64,000 bases of DNA from Candidatus Komeilibacteria bacterium (GTDB taxonomy: Bacteria; Patescibacteriota; Patescibacteriia; UBA1558; UBA10009), in assembly GCA_030688315.1 (NCBI GenBank), contig JAUYIT010000008.1, positions 21,240 to 85,239 of the forward strand, given 5' to 3'. Shown here one piece after another: positions 1 to 9,183 of this stretch; the first letter of the stretch is position 1; every line of letters begins with the position of its first letter. The notes under the pieces are model-generated. The model ran no database searches, was not told where the DNA came from, and saw only the letters and a list, made by a program, of their open reading frames with translations. Both the position numbers and the translations under genes were made by a program.

Positions 1-201
<201 letters not shown>

Positions 202-218
202 TCGTCGTAGTCACTTTT

Positions 219-258
219 CAGCTTTCGCGTCCGAGTAAAACTCGGCCGCCTCAGCTTC
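219..258. repeat. GC-rich hairpin element A (cagctttcgcgtccgag-taaaa-ctcggccgcctcagcttc) upstream of tRNA-Ala
   Basis: About 85% identical to the reverse complement of element B at 391..432. It contains an internal hairpin gcgtccgag/ctcggccgc. Confidence 0.5.
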
Positions 259-390
259 AATATGTCTACTCCTCTTCAAAATCCACCTGCGGTGGATTTT
301 TGATTAAATAAACTTAATCTATGATAGCTATATTTTAACTAAAAATCAAGTACTTCCATTATAGCAAATTTTGAAAGGGGCATATTTACG

Positions 391-432
391 GAAGCTGCAG
401 CGGCCGAACTTGTTCGGACGCGAAAGCTGCAG
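391..432. repeat. GC-rich hairpin element B, inverted copy of A; probable 3' hairpin/terminator of tRNA-Arg
   Basis: gaagctgcagcggccgaacttgttcggacgcgaaagctgcag. Its rc aligns to element A. It lies 15 nt downstream of the tRNA-Arg 3' end on the minus strand. Confidence 0.5.
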
Positions 433-446
433 TAAATATTGACCCG

Positions 447-521
447 TGGTGCCCTGACCAAGAATCGAACTTGGATCTAGACGTTAGGAGTGTCTTGTTC
501 TATCCGTTGAACTATCAGGGC
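447..521 (-). tRNA. tRNA-Arg (anticodon CCU)
   Basis: The rc is GCCCTGA..TCAGGGCACCA with a perfect 7-bp acceptor stem, D-stem GTTC/GAAC, anticodon loop CTCCTAA (CCT), T-loop TTCGATT and an encoded CCA. One A-C mismatch closes the anticodon stem. Confidence 0.8.
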
Positions 522-535
522 CTCGCATTTAAATT

Positions 536-557
536 AAATGTTCCACGTGGAACATTT
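536..557. promoter_or_regulatory. perfect 22-bp palindrome aaatgttccacgtggaacattt (CACGTG core) 15-36 bp upstream of tRNA-Arg
   Basis: The sequence is its own reverse complement. It sits in the AT-rich putative promoter region of the minus-strand tRNA. Confidence 0.45.
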
Positions 558-652
558 TGATCTTAAAATATTAGTTCTAAATCAAAAAATGGCCAAATTC
601 AGCAGAAAAGAAGGTTCGTAAAATATTACAACCAGAGCTAGGTTTGCTGAAA

Positions 653-787
653 TTAAAAATACTTTTGCGCGATTCTATCTAAAATACCGGTCTGATTATT
701 CCAGATCGTCAGAGCCACCATGGCCACGGCAATTAGGCCGAATAAAGCCAATGCTCTATTTAAATTCCTCTTAATGTTTTGTTGCAT
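653..787 (-). CDS. possible 44-aa small membrane peptide (MQQNIKRNLNRALALFGLIAVAMVALTIWNNQTGILDRIAQKYF)
   Basis: The ORF is below the track cutoff. It has one hydrophobic helix and no obvious RBS. This is a weak call. Confidence 0.15.
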   Translation of the reverse strand: MQQNIKRNLNRALALFGLIAVAMVALTIWNNQTGILDRIAQKYF

Positions 788-935
788 AAATATTCTTGGC
801 TAATTTTTAAATCTCCCTTAATATAATACAGTTCCTACTATTTGTCTACCCCAAAACTAATCCACGCCTTATCAACTTTGACAGAATGGCCGCTATTAAC
901 TAAAATTGAACTACTTAACTATTGACCATAAACTT

Positions 936-1325
936 ATGTTTAAAGACGAACCCGGCAAGCAGATTAAAAACGCGGAAACCATTATTGGCCCGTCAGTTAA
1001 AGTTGAGGGAGATTTTGTGGGCGACGGCAACGTGATTGTGGAAGGCATTGTGGTGGGCAACTTAAAAACCAAAAACCATTTAACCATCGGGGCCGAAGCT
1101 AAGGTCAACGCCGAAATTGAAGCCAACAGCGCCTATATTTCGGGCGAAGTGACCGGCAATTTGACTGTGGTTGGTGACGTGGAACTTACGGCCAGCGCCA
1201 GAATCAAGGGCGATATTTCGGCCAGCTCCATTGCTATTGAACGCGGCGCACAGGTCAACGGCCGCCTTAACATGAACGGCGCCAAAAAACCCGAACTCAC
1301 CGAAAAGCACGAGAATAAAAAGTAA
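936..1325 (+). CDS. bactofilin (CcmA-like polymer-forming cytoskeletal protein)
   Basis: The translation shows repeated beta-helical motifs (VKVEGDFVGDGNVIVEGIVVGNLKT..., ISGEVTGNLTVVGDVELT...) typical of DUF583 bactofilins. An ATG at 936 is preferred over the TTG at 906. Confidence 0.7.
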   Translation: MFKDEPGKQIKNAETIIGPSVKVEGDFVGDGNVIVEGIVVGNLKTKNHLTIGAEAKVNAEIEANSAYISGEVTGNLTVVGDVELTASARIKGDISASSIAIERGAQVNGRLNMNGAKKPELTEKHENKK

Positions 1326-1520
1326 TTTTGACTTAACGAGCGAGGGCAAGAAAATTTTTTTGTCCGAGGGCCTGTCTGAGCCACGCTAACCATTTGCTTA
1401 GGCAATGATATTGCTGTACGCACAGTTAAGCGGTGTCCCAAAATCGGTTGGCGAGTTGACGAGGACGAAAAAATTTTACTTGCCCAAGCGAAGTTTACCT
1501 GATTCTACTATTTTTATTTT

Positions 1521-2276
1521 ATGTACTTGTACATCTACGATACGTTCTTAAGCGACAAAAAATATTATTCGCTTTTGAATAAAATTGAAAACCGGCTGGC
1601 CGACTTGGAAATCAAGGGCAAGGTCTGCCGTTTGAATATTTTAAAAAACATGAAAGAGGTGGTGGAAGACGGCATTAAGCAGGGCGTGGATACTGTGGTA
1701 GCCGTGGGCAATGATTTAACTTTTTCCAAAATTGTTAACATCATTGCCGAACTTAACGTGACACTGGGCATTATTCCGGTTACTAAAAGCAAGATTGCTG
1801 AAATTTTGGGCGTGCCCGAAGGCGAAGCGGCCTGCGATACATTGGCCCAGCGTTTGATTCAAAAAATTGATTTGGGCAAAATCAGCAACCAGTATTTTAT
1901 CGACTCGGCCACCATTGACGATACCAACGTAATTTTAAGTTTTGATAAATTCCAAATCAGTTCCATTGCCAAAAACGCTTTGGTCACTATTTGCAATCTG
2001 GGCTTTTTAGCCGATAACCAATCCATTTACAAAGAGCGCTTGTCGGTGCCCACCGATGGCCTATTGGAAGCGGTAATCGCGCCCATTAAAGCAACGTTAT
2101 TTTCTAAAAAAATAAAACAGCAGAGCATTTTTCCTTTTACCAAAATCAAGCTGGATAGTAAAGCCGAGCCCGTGACCGTAACCATTGACCAGCAAGCCGT
2201 ATTTAAAACGCCGCTGGAAGTTACTGTCGCGCCAAAAAAACTGAAAGTCGTGGTTGGTTCTAAAAGATTATTTTAA
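1521..2276 (+). CDS. DAGK_cat/YegS-like lipid kinase family protein
   Basis: Translation: ...VDTVVAVGNDLTFSKIVNII... This resembles the GGDGT-region fold of the diacylglycerol kinase catalytic domain. Confidence 0.45.
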   Translation: MYLYIYDTFLSDKKYYSLLNKIENRLADLEIKGKVCRLNILKNMKEVVEDGIKQGVDTVVAVGNDLTFSKIVNIIAELNVTLGIIPVTKSKIAEILGVPEGEAACDTLAQRLIQKIDLGKISNQYFIDSATIDDTNVILSFDKFQISSIAKNALVTICNLGFLADNQSIYKERLSVPTDGLLEAVIAPIKATLFSKKIKQQSIFPFTKIKLDSKAEPVTVTIDQQAVFKTPLEVTVAPKKLKVVVGSKRLF

Positions 2277-2283
2277 AACAAAA

Positions 2284-2322
2284 AACGTCCCGACTTTGCG
2301 AAGCAAACGTCGGGACGTTTTT
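2284..2322. terminator. bidirectional rho-independent terminator between convergent DAGK-like (+) and yidC (-)
   Basis: Perfect 11-bp stem aacgtcccgac/gtcgggacgtt with A-run on the 5' side and T-run on the 3' side. Confidence 0.6.
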
Positions 2323-2334
2323 ACTTTCTCAAAT

Positions 2335-3063
2335 TTATTTGTTAACAATCTCAACTTTATTATCCATTTTTTTAAACACCCAGGTCTGCTGAGCTACGCC
2401 TAAAACCGTAATCACCAGCCAATAAAGGGTTAAGCCGGCCGGCAAAGAGGCGCCGATAAACACGGTAATCAAAGGCATAAAATAAGTCATCTGTTTGTTC
2501 ATGATGGCCATGGTGCTGTTTTTATTCTTGTCATTCTGCGGCTGTCGAGCAAACATGAGTTTGGACTGCCAAAACTGGGACAGACCCGCCAATACAGCCA
2601 TGATAATACTGGGTTCGCTTAAATTAATCATTCCCAAAGAAATGGGATTAATGGTGCCGGGATTATAGATGAACGGATAAACCGCGTCCAAACTGCCATT
2701 GCTTAAACCAACGCTGAAAACTTTATACACGGCAATTAAAAACGGCAACTGCAACAACAAAGGCAGGCAGGAAGCAAACGGACTGACTTTTTCTTTTTTA
2801 TAAAGTTCCATTAAAGCCGGCCCCAGCTTTTGCTTGTCGTCTTTGTATTTTTCCTTAAGTTCGTCAATTTTGGGCTGAATCGCCTGCATGGACCGCTGGG
2901 CTTTGATGGACTGCGAAAAAAATGGCCACAATATTAATTTAACAACCACGGTCAACATAATAATGGCTAAACCGATATCGTGGCCCGGCACAATGTTATA
3001 AAAAAAGACCAGGATGTTATACAACGGCTGGTACAAAACGGTGTGGTAAATAGTTGAGATCAT
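2335..3063 (-). CDS. yidC: membrane protein insertase YidC (short form)
   Basis: Multi-TM translation in the conserved rpmH-rnpA-yidD-yidC order at the origin. Confidence 0.8.
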   Translation of the reverse strand: MISTIYHTVLYQPLYNILVFFYNIVPGHDIGLAIIMLTVVVKLILWPFFSQSIKAQRSMQAIQPKIDELKEKYKDDKQKLGPALMELYKKEKVSPFASCLPLLLQLPFLIAVYKVFSVGLSNGSLDAVYPFIYNPGTINPISLGMINLSEPSIIMAVLAGLSQFWQSKLMFARQPQNDKNKNSTMAIMNKQMTYFMPLITVFIGASLPAGLTLYWLVITVLGVAQQTWVFKKMDNKVEIVNK

Positions 3064-3069
3064 AATAGA

Positions 3070-3300
3070 TTAAACTTGGTCAACGCCGCCTTGGCTGAAC
3101 GGGTTGCATTTTAAAACTCTTTTAATTGATTTAAAAATTCCTTTGGCCAAACCATGCTTCTCAATGGACTGATAGGCGTATTCGGAGCAATGCGGATAAA
3201 AGCGGCAATAGCCGTGCGGATGCTTGTAAGCCAGCCAGCCCGAATCGGGGGAGAGGGTTTTTTGATATAGCCGGATTAATTTGAGAATTGATTTCTTCAT
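3070..3300 (-). CDS. yidD: membrane protein insertion efficiency factor YidD
   Basis: 76 aa with the typical Cys-containing YidD sequence (..HPHGYCRFYPHCSEYA..), plus synteny. Confidence 0.8.
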   Translation of the reverse strand: MKKSILKLIRLYQKTLSPDSGWLAYKHPHGYCRFYPHCSEYAYQSIEKHGLAKGIFKSIKRVLKCNPFSQGGVDQV

Positions 3301-3321
3301 AGTCGCCGACTTTATTCAAAA

Positions 3322-3675
3322 CTATTTTTTCAGCGGAAACAGCAACTTGGCTTTATCAAACAATCCGGCCAGGGCTTCTTCCAGTTGCTGATAACTTTTG
3401 CCCACGGCAACCGCTTTGACCAAAATCATCACATCATGCCCCGGCTTGATTTGTTTCAGATTCAACCGAATAACTTCCGTTAATCTTCTTTTGATTAAAT
3501 TGCGGACCACGGCTTTTTTACTCACTTTGGCCGAAATCACAATCCCAAAACGGCTGTGCGCTAAATTATTGGGTAAAACCTTAGCGCTGAATAAATCCAA
3601 AGAAGCTGGCCGGCCTTTGCGGGCCAATAATTTAAAATCCTGTTCTTTGGCCAGGCGATAAGCGGGCTTAAGCAT
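3322..3675 (-). CDS. rnpA: ribonuclease P protein component
   Basis: 117 aa basic protein (..KEQDFKLLARKGRP..), plus synteny. Confidence 0.8.
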   Translation of the reverse strand: MLKPAYRLAKEQDFKLLARKGRPASLDLFSAKVLPNNLAHSRFGIVISAKVSKKAVVRNLIKRRLTEVIRLNLKQIKPGHDVMILVKAVAVGKSYQQLEEALAGLFDKAKLLFPLKK

Positions 3676-3687
3676 TGCTCGGTTAAA

Positions 3688-3828
3688 TTAAACGGAAAGT
3701 TTTTGGCGGCCCTTGGCGCGGCGGCGCTTTATTACCTTGGTGCCGGTTTTGGTAGCCATTCTTTTTCTAAAACCGTGGGTTCTGGCGCGCTTTCTCTTTT
3801 TGGGCTGGTAGGTTCGCTTAGTTGACAT
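3688..3828 (-). CDS. rpmH: 50S ribosomal protein L34
   Basis: rc translation [46 protein letters not shown] is canonical L34. It falls below the ORF-track size cutoff. Confidence 0.9.
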   Translation of the reverse strand: MSTKRTYQPKKRKRARTHGFRKRMATKTGTKVIKRRRAKGRQKLSV

Positions 3829-4050
3829 ATTTTTTGGTTAATAGAGTTTATATTATTTTCAGCCAAAGGCTGATCCGCCTCTGGCGGAGAATATCTTGAA
3901 TTCTAACAGGATTAGGCGGTTAAGTCAATGAGTTTGACATCGCCGTTCAAATTGGCTAATATTCAGATAATTCAAAAACAGGGTCAATAATCCAGTCGTT
4001 AACCGCGATTGGTTGCTGGCCCTGTTATTTATTTAATAATAATCCTAATT

Positions 4051-4626
4051 ATGCTTGTTTTTATAGACGAATCAGGGATTCATAAACAAACAGATCATTC
4101 TAGCTTTGTTCTTGTTTTTATTGAGGTGAAAGACGAGGCGTTGATTAATGAAAGCATTGAACAAATAGAAAAAGGTTTAAAAATCCAACCATTTCATTGG
4201 GCGGATTTTAGCTCACGCTCGGATTGGAAAATAAGAAAAAAGTTTATCAAAGCAATTTCAATTTTGCCTTTTACTCTAAAATATATTATCGTGAAAAATC
4301 CTATTCTACCGCAGGCCATGCTGCGGTACGCTTTAAACCATTTACTGATTGGGGTTGATATTAAAAAAGTCGTCATTGATGGGCGTCATTCCAGAACCTA
4401 TGAGCAACAATTGAAAACATTATTAAGGCGTTACGGCGTCTCCGTGGATAAATTAAGAGTGGCCAACGATCGGTCGATGCCGGCCTTAAGATTAGCCGAC
4501 GCTTTAGCTGGTTTAATAAGATCATATCATGATAAAAATCCCGATGCCGAAAATCTTTACCAATTGATAGAATCCGCAAATAAAATAACCTCCCACTTGG
4601 AAGTGGGAGGTCAGGCTCACCGCTAG
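4051..4626 (+). CDS. DUF3800 family protein
   Basis: N-terminal MLVFIDESG motif, the hallmark start of DUF3800. An ATG at 4051 is preferred over the upstream TTG. Confidence 0.55.
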   Translation: MLVFIDESGIHKQTDHSSFVLVFIEVKDEALINESIEQIEKGLKIQPFHWADFSSRSDWKIRKKFIKAISILPFTLKYIIVKNPILPQAMLRYALNHLLIGVDIKKVVIDGRHSRTYEQQLKTLLRRYGVSVDKLRVANDRSMPALRLADALAGLIRSYHDKNPDAENLYQLIESANKITSHLEVGGQAHR

Positions 4627-4721
4627 ATGGTGTTTAGCCGCCTTTCCCCTTACGGAGGATTTGTCGCGGGCCTCGTTACTTTTTAATCCTATCATAAGCA
4701 AAAATACTGTCAAGCAAAAAT

Positions 4722-4776
4722 TTGAAAATAAAAAAGAGCCCGTGCCGGATTGTTCAGATGAACTTTCCGACACGGG
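4722..4776 (-). terminator. rho-independent terminator downstream of GC-rich ORF
   Basis: Stem cccgtgccgga/tccgacacggg (11 bp, 1 mismatch), followed on the minus strand by a T-run (gctcttttttatttt). Confidence 0.5.
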
Positions 4777-4835
4777 ACTCAATGTGAGTGGTGGGACGAT
4801 TTGCCGCTAGATCAAAATCTGCATATCGACATGGA

Positions 4836-5210
4836 TCAGCTCGACGCGAGCAAGAGGTCGACCTCCTGACCCTCGATGACGAAGTGATATACTTCATCTA
4901 GGATAGGGTCGCCGTGAAAGTCCTCCTTACTCATGAGAGTGGCCCCCTTCTCCTGTAGGACATCCGCGACATGGGCGAGCAAAGCTCGCCGTGCCGGAAG
5001 TATGTTCTGCCCGGCAATTGGGCCATTGATGAACCCCGTGCCACCCGTAATAGCATTACGAAAGGCCGGGACGCGGAGGGCTTTCATGTGGTCGCTGAGA
5101 CCTCCCTCCAACATCACCGCATTGCCCAAAGCGAAGGAGTGGTTGAGCCCGACTCCATCGAGAACCTCTAGAACACTGACAACGACTTGACTATTTGAGT
5201 GATCTAACAT
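4836..5210 (-). CDS. hypothetical protein in a locally GC-rich (~55%) island; probable foreign gene
   Basis: The ORF starts MLDHSNSQ.. and is preceded by a strong SD (aaggagttgg-ATG), unlike most genes here. GC is far above the ~40% surroundings. No family recognised. Confidence 0.45.
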   Translation of the reverse strand: MLDHSNSQVVVSVLEVLDGVGLNHSFALGNAVMLEGGLSDHMKALRVPAFRNAITGGTGFINGPIAGQNILPARRALLAHVADVLQEKGATLMSKEDFHGDPILDEVYHFVIEGQEVDLLLASS

Positions 5211-5361
5211 CCAACTCCTTTTGTTTGATTTTGGCCTAGCTTTTGCCAAGCACTTTGATTTGTAATGTTCAGTTTAATCAGGAATAATAACTTACTATTC
5301 ACAAAATGTCAAGATATATGACTTATTAAATATACTAATATTAGCCAAAATAAATACAATG

Positions 5362-5380
5362 TTGTCAAAAATATTGACAA
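5362..5380. promoter_or_regulatory. palindromic operator TTGTCAA-aaata-TTGACAA overlapping -35 of trmB-like promoter
   Basis: Perfect 7-bp inverted repeat. TTGACA at 5374-5379 with a tatcat -10-like hexamer about 17 bp downstream; 28 bp upstream of the CDS start. Confidence 0.45.
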
Positions 5381-5408
5381 ATTCAGTCAGATTTGCTATC
5401 ATTCAAAT

Positions 5409-6137
5409 ATGATCGAAGCTAAAATACTACAAGACCTCGGCTTAACCGAAATTGAAGCCAAAATCTATTTGGCCTCCTTGGAATTGGGCACAGAGACAGT
5501 GCTTAAAATTGCCAAACAGGCCCAAGTTAAACGCCCGACCGCTTATGTGGCTTTGGATAATTTATTTGCCAACGGCTTTGTTTCTAAAGTTCAAAAAAAG
5601 GGCACGACCATGTACGCCGCCGAGAGCCCGGAAATAATCAGTAATAAATTCAAAGAAAAGTTAGCTAACTTTAATGATTTAATGCCGTTCTTTGCCGCCA
5701 AATTCAACCGCGGCCCTAAACCTAAAATAAGATACTATGAAGGCGCCCAAACCTTGCTGGACATTTATACCAAAGTTCTCTTTCCTTCAGCGGAAATATA
5801 TTTTTTTGGTACGGACGTGGCTAAAATTAAAGAAAAGCTACCTCAACTGTTTAACTATGGCGTAACGGCTTTGGCCAAAAAATCCGTTAAGCCGATGGAA
5901 ATAGTTTCGTATAACCCAGCGGGAATTGAATACGTCAAAAAATATGCCGCCGGCCGGCCGATCAAACTGATGCCTAAAAGTTTACCGGTATTTGCCGACG
6001 TGGCCATTACTGAAAATAAGATCTTCATTGTTTCTTTGGATAATCTCTTTGGGGTTTTAATTGAATCGGAGGATTTGGCTAAAACCTTCAAAAACTTTTT
6101 TCTGCTGGCCTGGTCGGCCGCGACCACGGTTAAATAA
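5409..6137 (+). CDS. TrmB family transcriptional regulator
   Basis: N-terminal wHTH (LTEIEAKIYLASLELGTETVLKIAKQAQVKRPTAYVALDNL) typical of TrmB-like regulators. Confidence 0.65.
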   Translation: MIEAKILQDLGLTEIEAKIYLASLELGTETVLKIAKQAQVKRPTAYVALDNLFANGFVSKVQKKGTTMYAAESPEIISNKFKEKLANFNDLMPFFAAKFNRGPKPKIRYYEGAQTLLDIYTKVLFPSAEIYFFGTDVAKIKEKLPQLFNYGVTALAKKSVKPMEIVSYNPAGIEYVKKYAAGRPIKLMPKSLPVFADVAITENKIFIVSLDNLFGVLIESEDLAKTFKNFFLLAWSAATTVK

Positions 6138-6297
6138 ACTAAACCCGGCCAAAATTAAATCAACAGGTAATCAACAGCTTATAAACAAACGTTGCCCTGG
6201 TGGGGATATTTAACGTTTTTTTTATTTATGCTAAGATGGAACAACCTTTACAAGAAAAATCGAGTCAAGCTGAGCTTGGCCTAAAAAATAAAAAAAC

Positions 6298-7671
6298 ATG
6301 AACAATGAGCAACTGTGGCAAGCCGTTTTAGGCGAACTGGAGCTGTTAATCAGCAAAGCCAACTTTACCACCTGGTTTAAGAGTACTTTTATAATCTCTT
6401 CAGACAACGAAACCGTGCTGGTGGCCACGCCCAATGCTTTTACCAAAAACTGGCTGGAAAAAAAATATTCCGACCAGCTGCTGCGCGCTTTAAAAAATAT
6501 TACCAGCGACGGGGTTAAAAAAATCAACTTTACCGTGGAAACCAAAAAGCCGATCGCGGGCAAACAAATGGTTGATGCCGTGGCGCCACGATTGAACAGC
6601 CAAACTTCCGCGACCGGTGAAAACACCGACAAGCAGGACATTAACAAGTTCGGCTTAAACCCCAAATACACTTTTGAAAACTTTATCGTGGGCAAAGGCA
6701 ATGAGCTAGCCCACGCCGCCGCCCGGGCCGTAGCCCAAAAGCTGGGCCAGGTTTACAACCCGCTCTTTATTTACGGCGGGGTCGGCTTGGGCAAAACCCA
6801 TTTGGTTCAGGCCGTGGGCAACGAGATCATCAAGAACAACCCCAAACTAAGAATTCTCTATATTAATAGCGAACGCTTTACCAACGATTATGTTCAGGCC
6901 ATTAAATCCGGCCAAACCGAAAGCTTTAAAAAACAGTACCGCACCGTTGACGTGTTGCTGATTGACGATATTCATTTTATGGCCGGCAAGGAGCAGACCC
7001 AGGAAGAGTTCTTCCATACTTTTAACGCTTTGCACCAAAACAACAAGCAGATCATTTTAAGCTCGGACCGGCCGCCTAAAGCCATCCCCGACGTGGAACA
7101 ACGTTTGATTTCGCGCTTTGAATGGGGCATGACCGCTGATGTGAGCTCGCCGGATTTTGAAACCAGAATCGCCATTTTACAGGCCAAATGCCAAGAAAAA
7201 TCCCTTGATCTTTCAGCGGAAATAATTTCCTACCTGGCGGAAAACGTGCAAAACAACGTGCGTGAGCTGGAAGGCGCCTTAAACAGAATTATCGGCGTCC
7301 ACGAGCTTAACAAGAGCGTACCGACCCTGGAATCAACCAAGCAGGTCTTGCAGGCCTTAACCGCTTCCAGCCCCAAAGGCAACTTAACGCCCAAAAAGAT
7401 TATTCAGGCCGTTAGCAGTTATTTTGACGTGTCTATTGAAAACATTGTGGGCGCCTGCCGGCGCAAAGAATTGGTTTTACCAAGACAGATTGTGATGTAT
7501 TTAATGAGGGAAGAAATTAACGCTTCCTACCCGTCCATCGGCCAAGAGCTGGGCGGCCGCGACCACACCACCGCTATTCATGCCTGCAACAAAATTATTG
7601 ACGTGTTAACCAGAGATGAAAAAATGAAAAATGATATTTCCATGATCAAGCAACGTTTGTATCATGCTTAA
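6298..7671 (+). CDS. dnaA: chromosomal replication initiator DnaA
   Basis: Walker A GGVGLGKTHL, an AAA+ core, and a C-terminal DNA-binding domain (..ELGGRDHTTAIHA..). Confidence 0.95.
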   Translation: MNNEQLWQAVLGELELLISKANFTTWFKSTFIISSDNETVLVATPNAFTKNWLEKKYSDQLLRALKNITSDGVKKINFTVETKKPIAGKQMVDAVAPRLNSQTSATGENTDKQDINKFGLNPKYTFENFIVGKGNELAHAAARAVAQKLGQVYNPLFIYGGVGLGKTHLVQAVGNEIIKNNPKLRILYINSERFTNDYVQAIKSGQTESFKKQYRTVDVLLIDDIHFMAGKEQTQEEFFHTFNALHQNNKQIILSSDRPPKAIPDVEQRLISRFEWGMTADVSSPDFETRIAILQAKCQEKSLDLSAEIISYLAENVQNNVRELEGALNRIIGVHELNKSVPTLESTKQVLQALTASSPKGNLTPKKIIQAVSSYFDVSIENIVGACRRKELVLPRQIVMYLMREEINASYPSIGQELGGRDHTTAIHACNKIIDVLTRDEKMKNDISMIKQRLYHA

Positions 7672-7941
7672 TATGTTGGTTAAAAGTTTGAGGAAAAGTT
7701 TTTGATAACTTGGTGGAGAAAAATAAATTTACTGTTTAAAACTATTCCACTTGTACACAGTAAATTAAACCGCGCCAAAGTTATCCCAAAGTTATTAAAA
7801 AATAATCACAGGAGTTAAGTAAATTAATCAACAAGAACCAACTGGAAATCGCCAATTGGTTATTGCCTAAAATTTACTTTTCAACTTATCAACTCCCCTT
7901 ATTACTATTATCATCAATTATATATTTAAAAAGAATTGAAT
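7672..7941. promoter_or_regulatory. candidate oriC region (dnaA-dnaN intergenic, AT-rich)
   Basis: Conserved location. Degenerate DnaA-box-like 9-mers (gttatccca; repeated tgtacacag) but no perfect TTATCCACA. Confidence 0.25.
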
Positions 7942-9051
7942 ATGAAATTCACATGTACACAGGAAAATTTAAATAAAGGTTTGGGCATTGTGAGCCATAT
8001 TGCCAATCGCAATATTACTTTGCCGATTTTAAATAACGTGGCCATTAAAGCCGAGGGTGGGGTAATTGCTTTAAGCACCACTAATTTGGAAATTGGCATT
8101 ACCGCCAGTGTGCGCGGTAAAATCGATCAGCCGGGCAGGTTTACGGTGCAGGCCCGTTTAATCGCCGACTACGTCAATTTACTGCCCAAGGAAAACGTGG
8201 AAGTGGAATTAAATGGCGACGTGCTGCATCTTAAATGCGGCAATCATAAAACCAGTGTTAAGGGTGTGAGTTCCGAGGACTTTCCAACTATTCCGGAAAT
8301 GGAGAGTGAGGCCACCATCAGTTTAAAAACCGCCGAGCTAAAAGAGGCCTTGGCCCAGGTGATTTTTGCCGTTTCTGTTGATGAAACTAGGCCTGAAATC
8401 AGCGGTGTGTTATTTTATTTTAACAATAAAACTTTAACCATCGTAGGCACTGATAGCTATCGTTTGGCTGAAAAAAAACTGACCGTTAAAAGCGATTTAA
8501 CTACCGAAAAAAGTTTGATTATTCCTTTAAGAACCTTACAGGAAGTTTACCGGATTTTAAGCGATGATGGCACTGCGGAAATTGAAATTTTAATTAATTC
8601 CAACCAAATTTTATTCAAGATTGCCGGCGAAGTGGAGTTAACTTCGCGCTTAGTGGAAGGCCAATACCCCGATTATCAGCAGATTATTCCGGGCGATTGC
8701 CGCACCAAAGCCAAGGTTAAAACCGCTGAATTTATCAGGGTAATTAAAAGTGCCTCGCTGTTTTGCAAGCCGGGCATTAATGATGTTAAACTTAATTTTG
8801 ACCTAACCAAAGGCACGTTGGTGGTTAGCTCTTTAAACAGCGCGGTGGGTGAAAACGTGGCCACGGTGGAAGTGGATGGCACCGGCGACAATAACGAGGC
8901 GGTGTTTAATTACCGTTATTTGTTGGACGGGCTTAATAATTTGGATAGCGCTGAAGTCAGTGTGGAATTGGTTTCCGAAAGCGCGCCCGGTATTTTGCGC
9001 CCGGTTAATGGCGGCGATTATCTTTACATCATCATGCCTATTAGGCAGTAA
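7942..9051 (+). CDS. dnaN: DNA polymerase III beta sliding clamp
   Basis: Three-domain clamp translation (MKFTCTQENLNKGL...). An ATG at 7942 is preferred over the TTG at 7936. Confidence 0.9.
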   Translation: MKFTCTQENLNKGLGIVSHIANRNITLPILNNVAIKAEGGVIALSTTNLEIGITASVRGKIDQPGRFTVQARLIADYVNLLPKENVEVELNGDVLHLKCGNHKTSVKGVSSEDFPTIPEMESEATISLKTAELKEALAQVIFAVSVDETRPEISGVLFYFNNKTLTIVGTDSYRLAEKKLTVKSDLTTEKSLIIPLRTLQEVYRILSDDGTAEIEILINSNQILFKIAGEVELTSRLVEGQYPDYQQIIPGDCRTKAKVKTAEFIRVIKSASLFCKPGINDVKLNFDLTKGTLVVSSLNSAVGENVATVEVDGTGDNNEAVFNYRYLLDGLNNLDSAEVSVELVSESAPGILRPVNGGDYLYIIMPIRQ

Positions 9052-9059
9052 ATAAAAAA

Positions 9060-9178
9060 ACTTACCCAACCGTCATTCTGGAGCCCCGCTTGCTCGGCGT
9101 GGCAATCCCGCTGTACTAGGTATGCACATCGGGATTGCTTCGTCGCTTCGCTCCTCGCAATGACCGCTAAAGGTAAGT
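9060..9178. repeat. 119-bp GC-rich imperfect palindromic element (REP-like) between convergent dnaN and DUF1653
   Basis: Outer arms acttacc/ggtaagt and inner arms gtcatt..gcaatcccg / cgggattgc..aatgac. It shares the 13-mer cgggattgcttcg and 9-mer cgcaatgac with the element at 24962..25002. Confidence 0.55.
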
Positions 9179-9183
9179 TTTTT

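Noticed and set aside
911-1441. Three minus-strand ORFs (911..1126, 1080..1349, 1133..1441) overlapping the bactofilin gene
   Set aside because: They are shadow frames of a well-supported plus-strand gene with repetitive codon structure. No protein-family features.
4933-5190. Plus-strand ORFs in the GC-rich island
   Set aside because: Their Arg/Pro-rich translations are typical of wrong-frame reads in high-GC DNA. The minus-strand ORF has an SD and a terminator.
6138-6297. Canonical DnaA boxes upstream of dnaA
   Set aside because: Only 2-3-mismatch variants (for example tggggatat) were found. This is insufficient to call, so the dnaA-dnaN spacer is listed only as a low-confidence oriC candidate.
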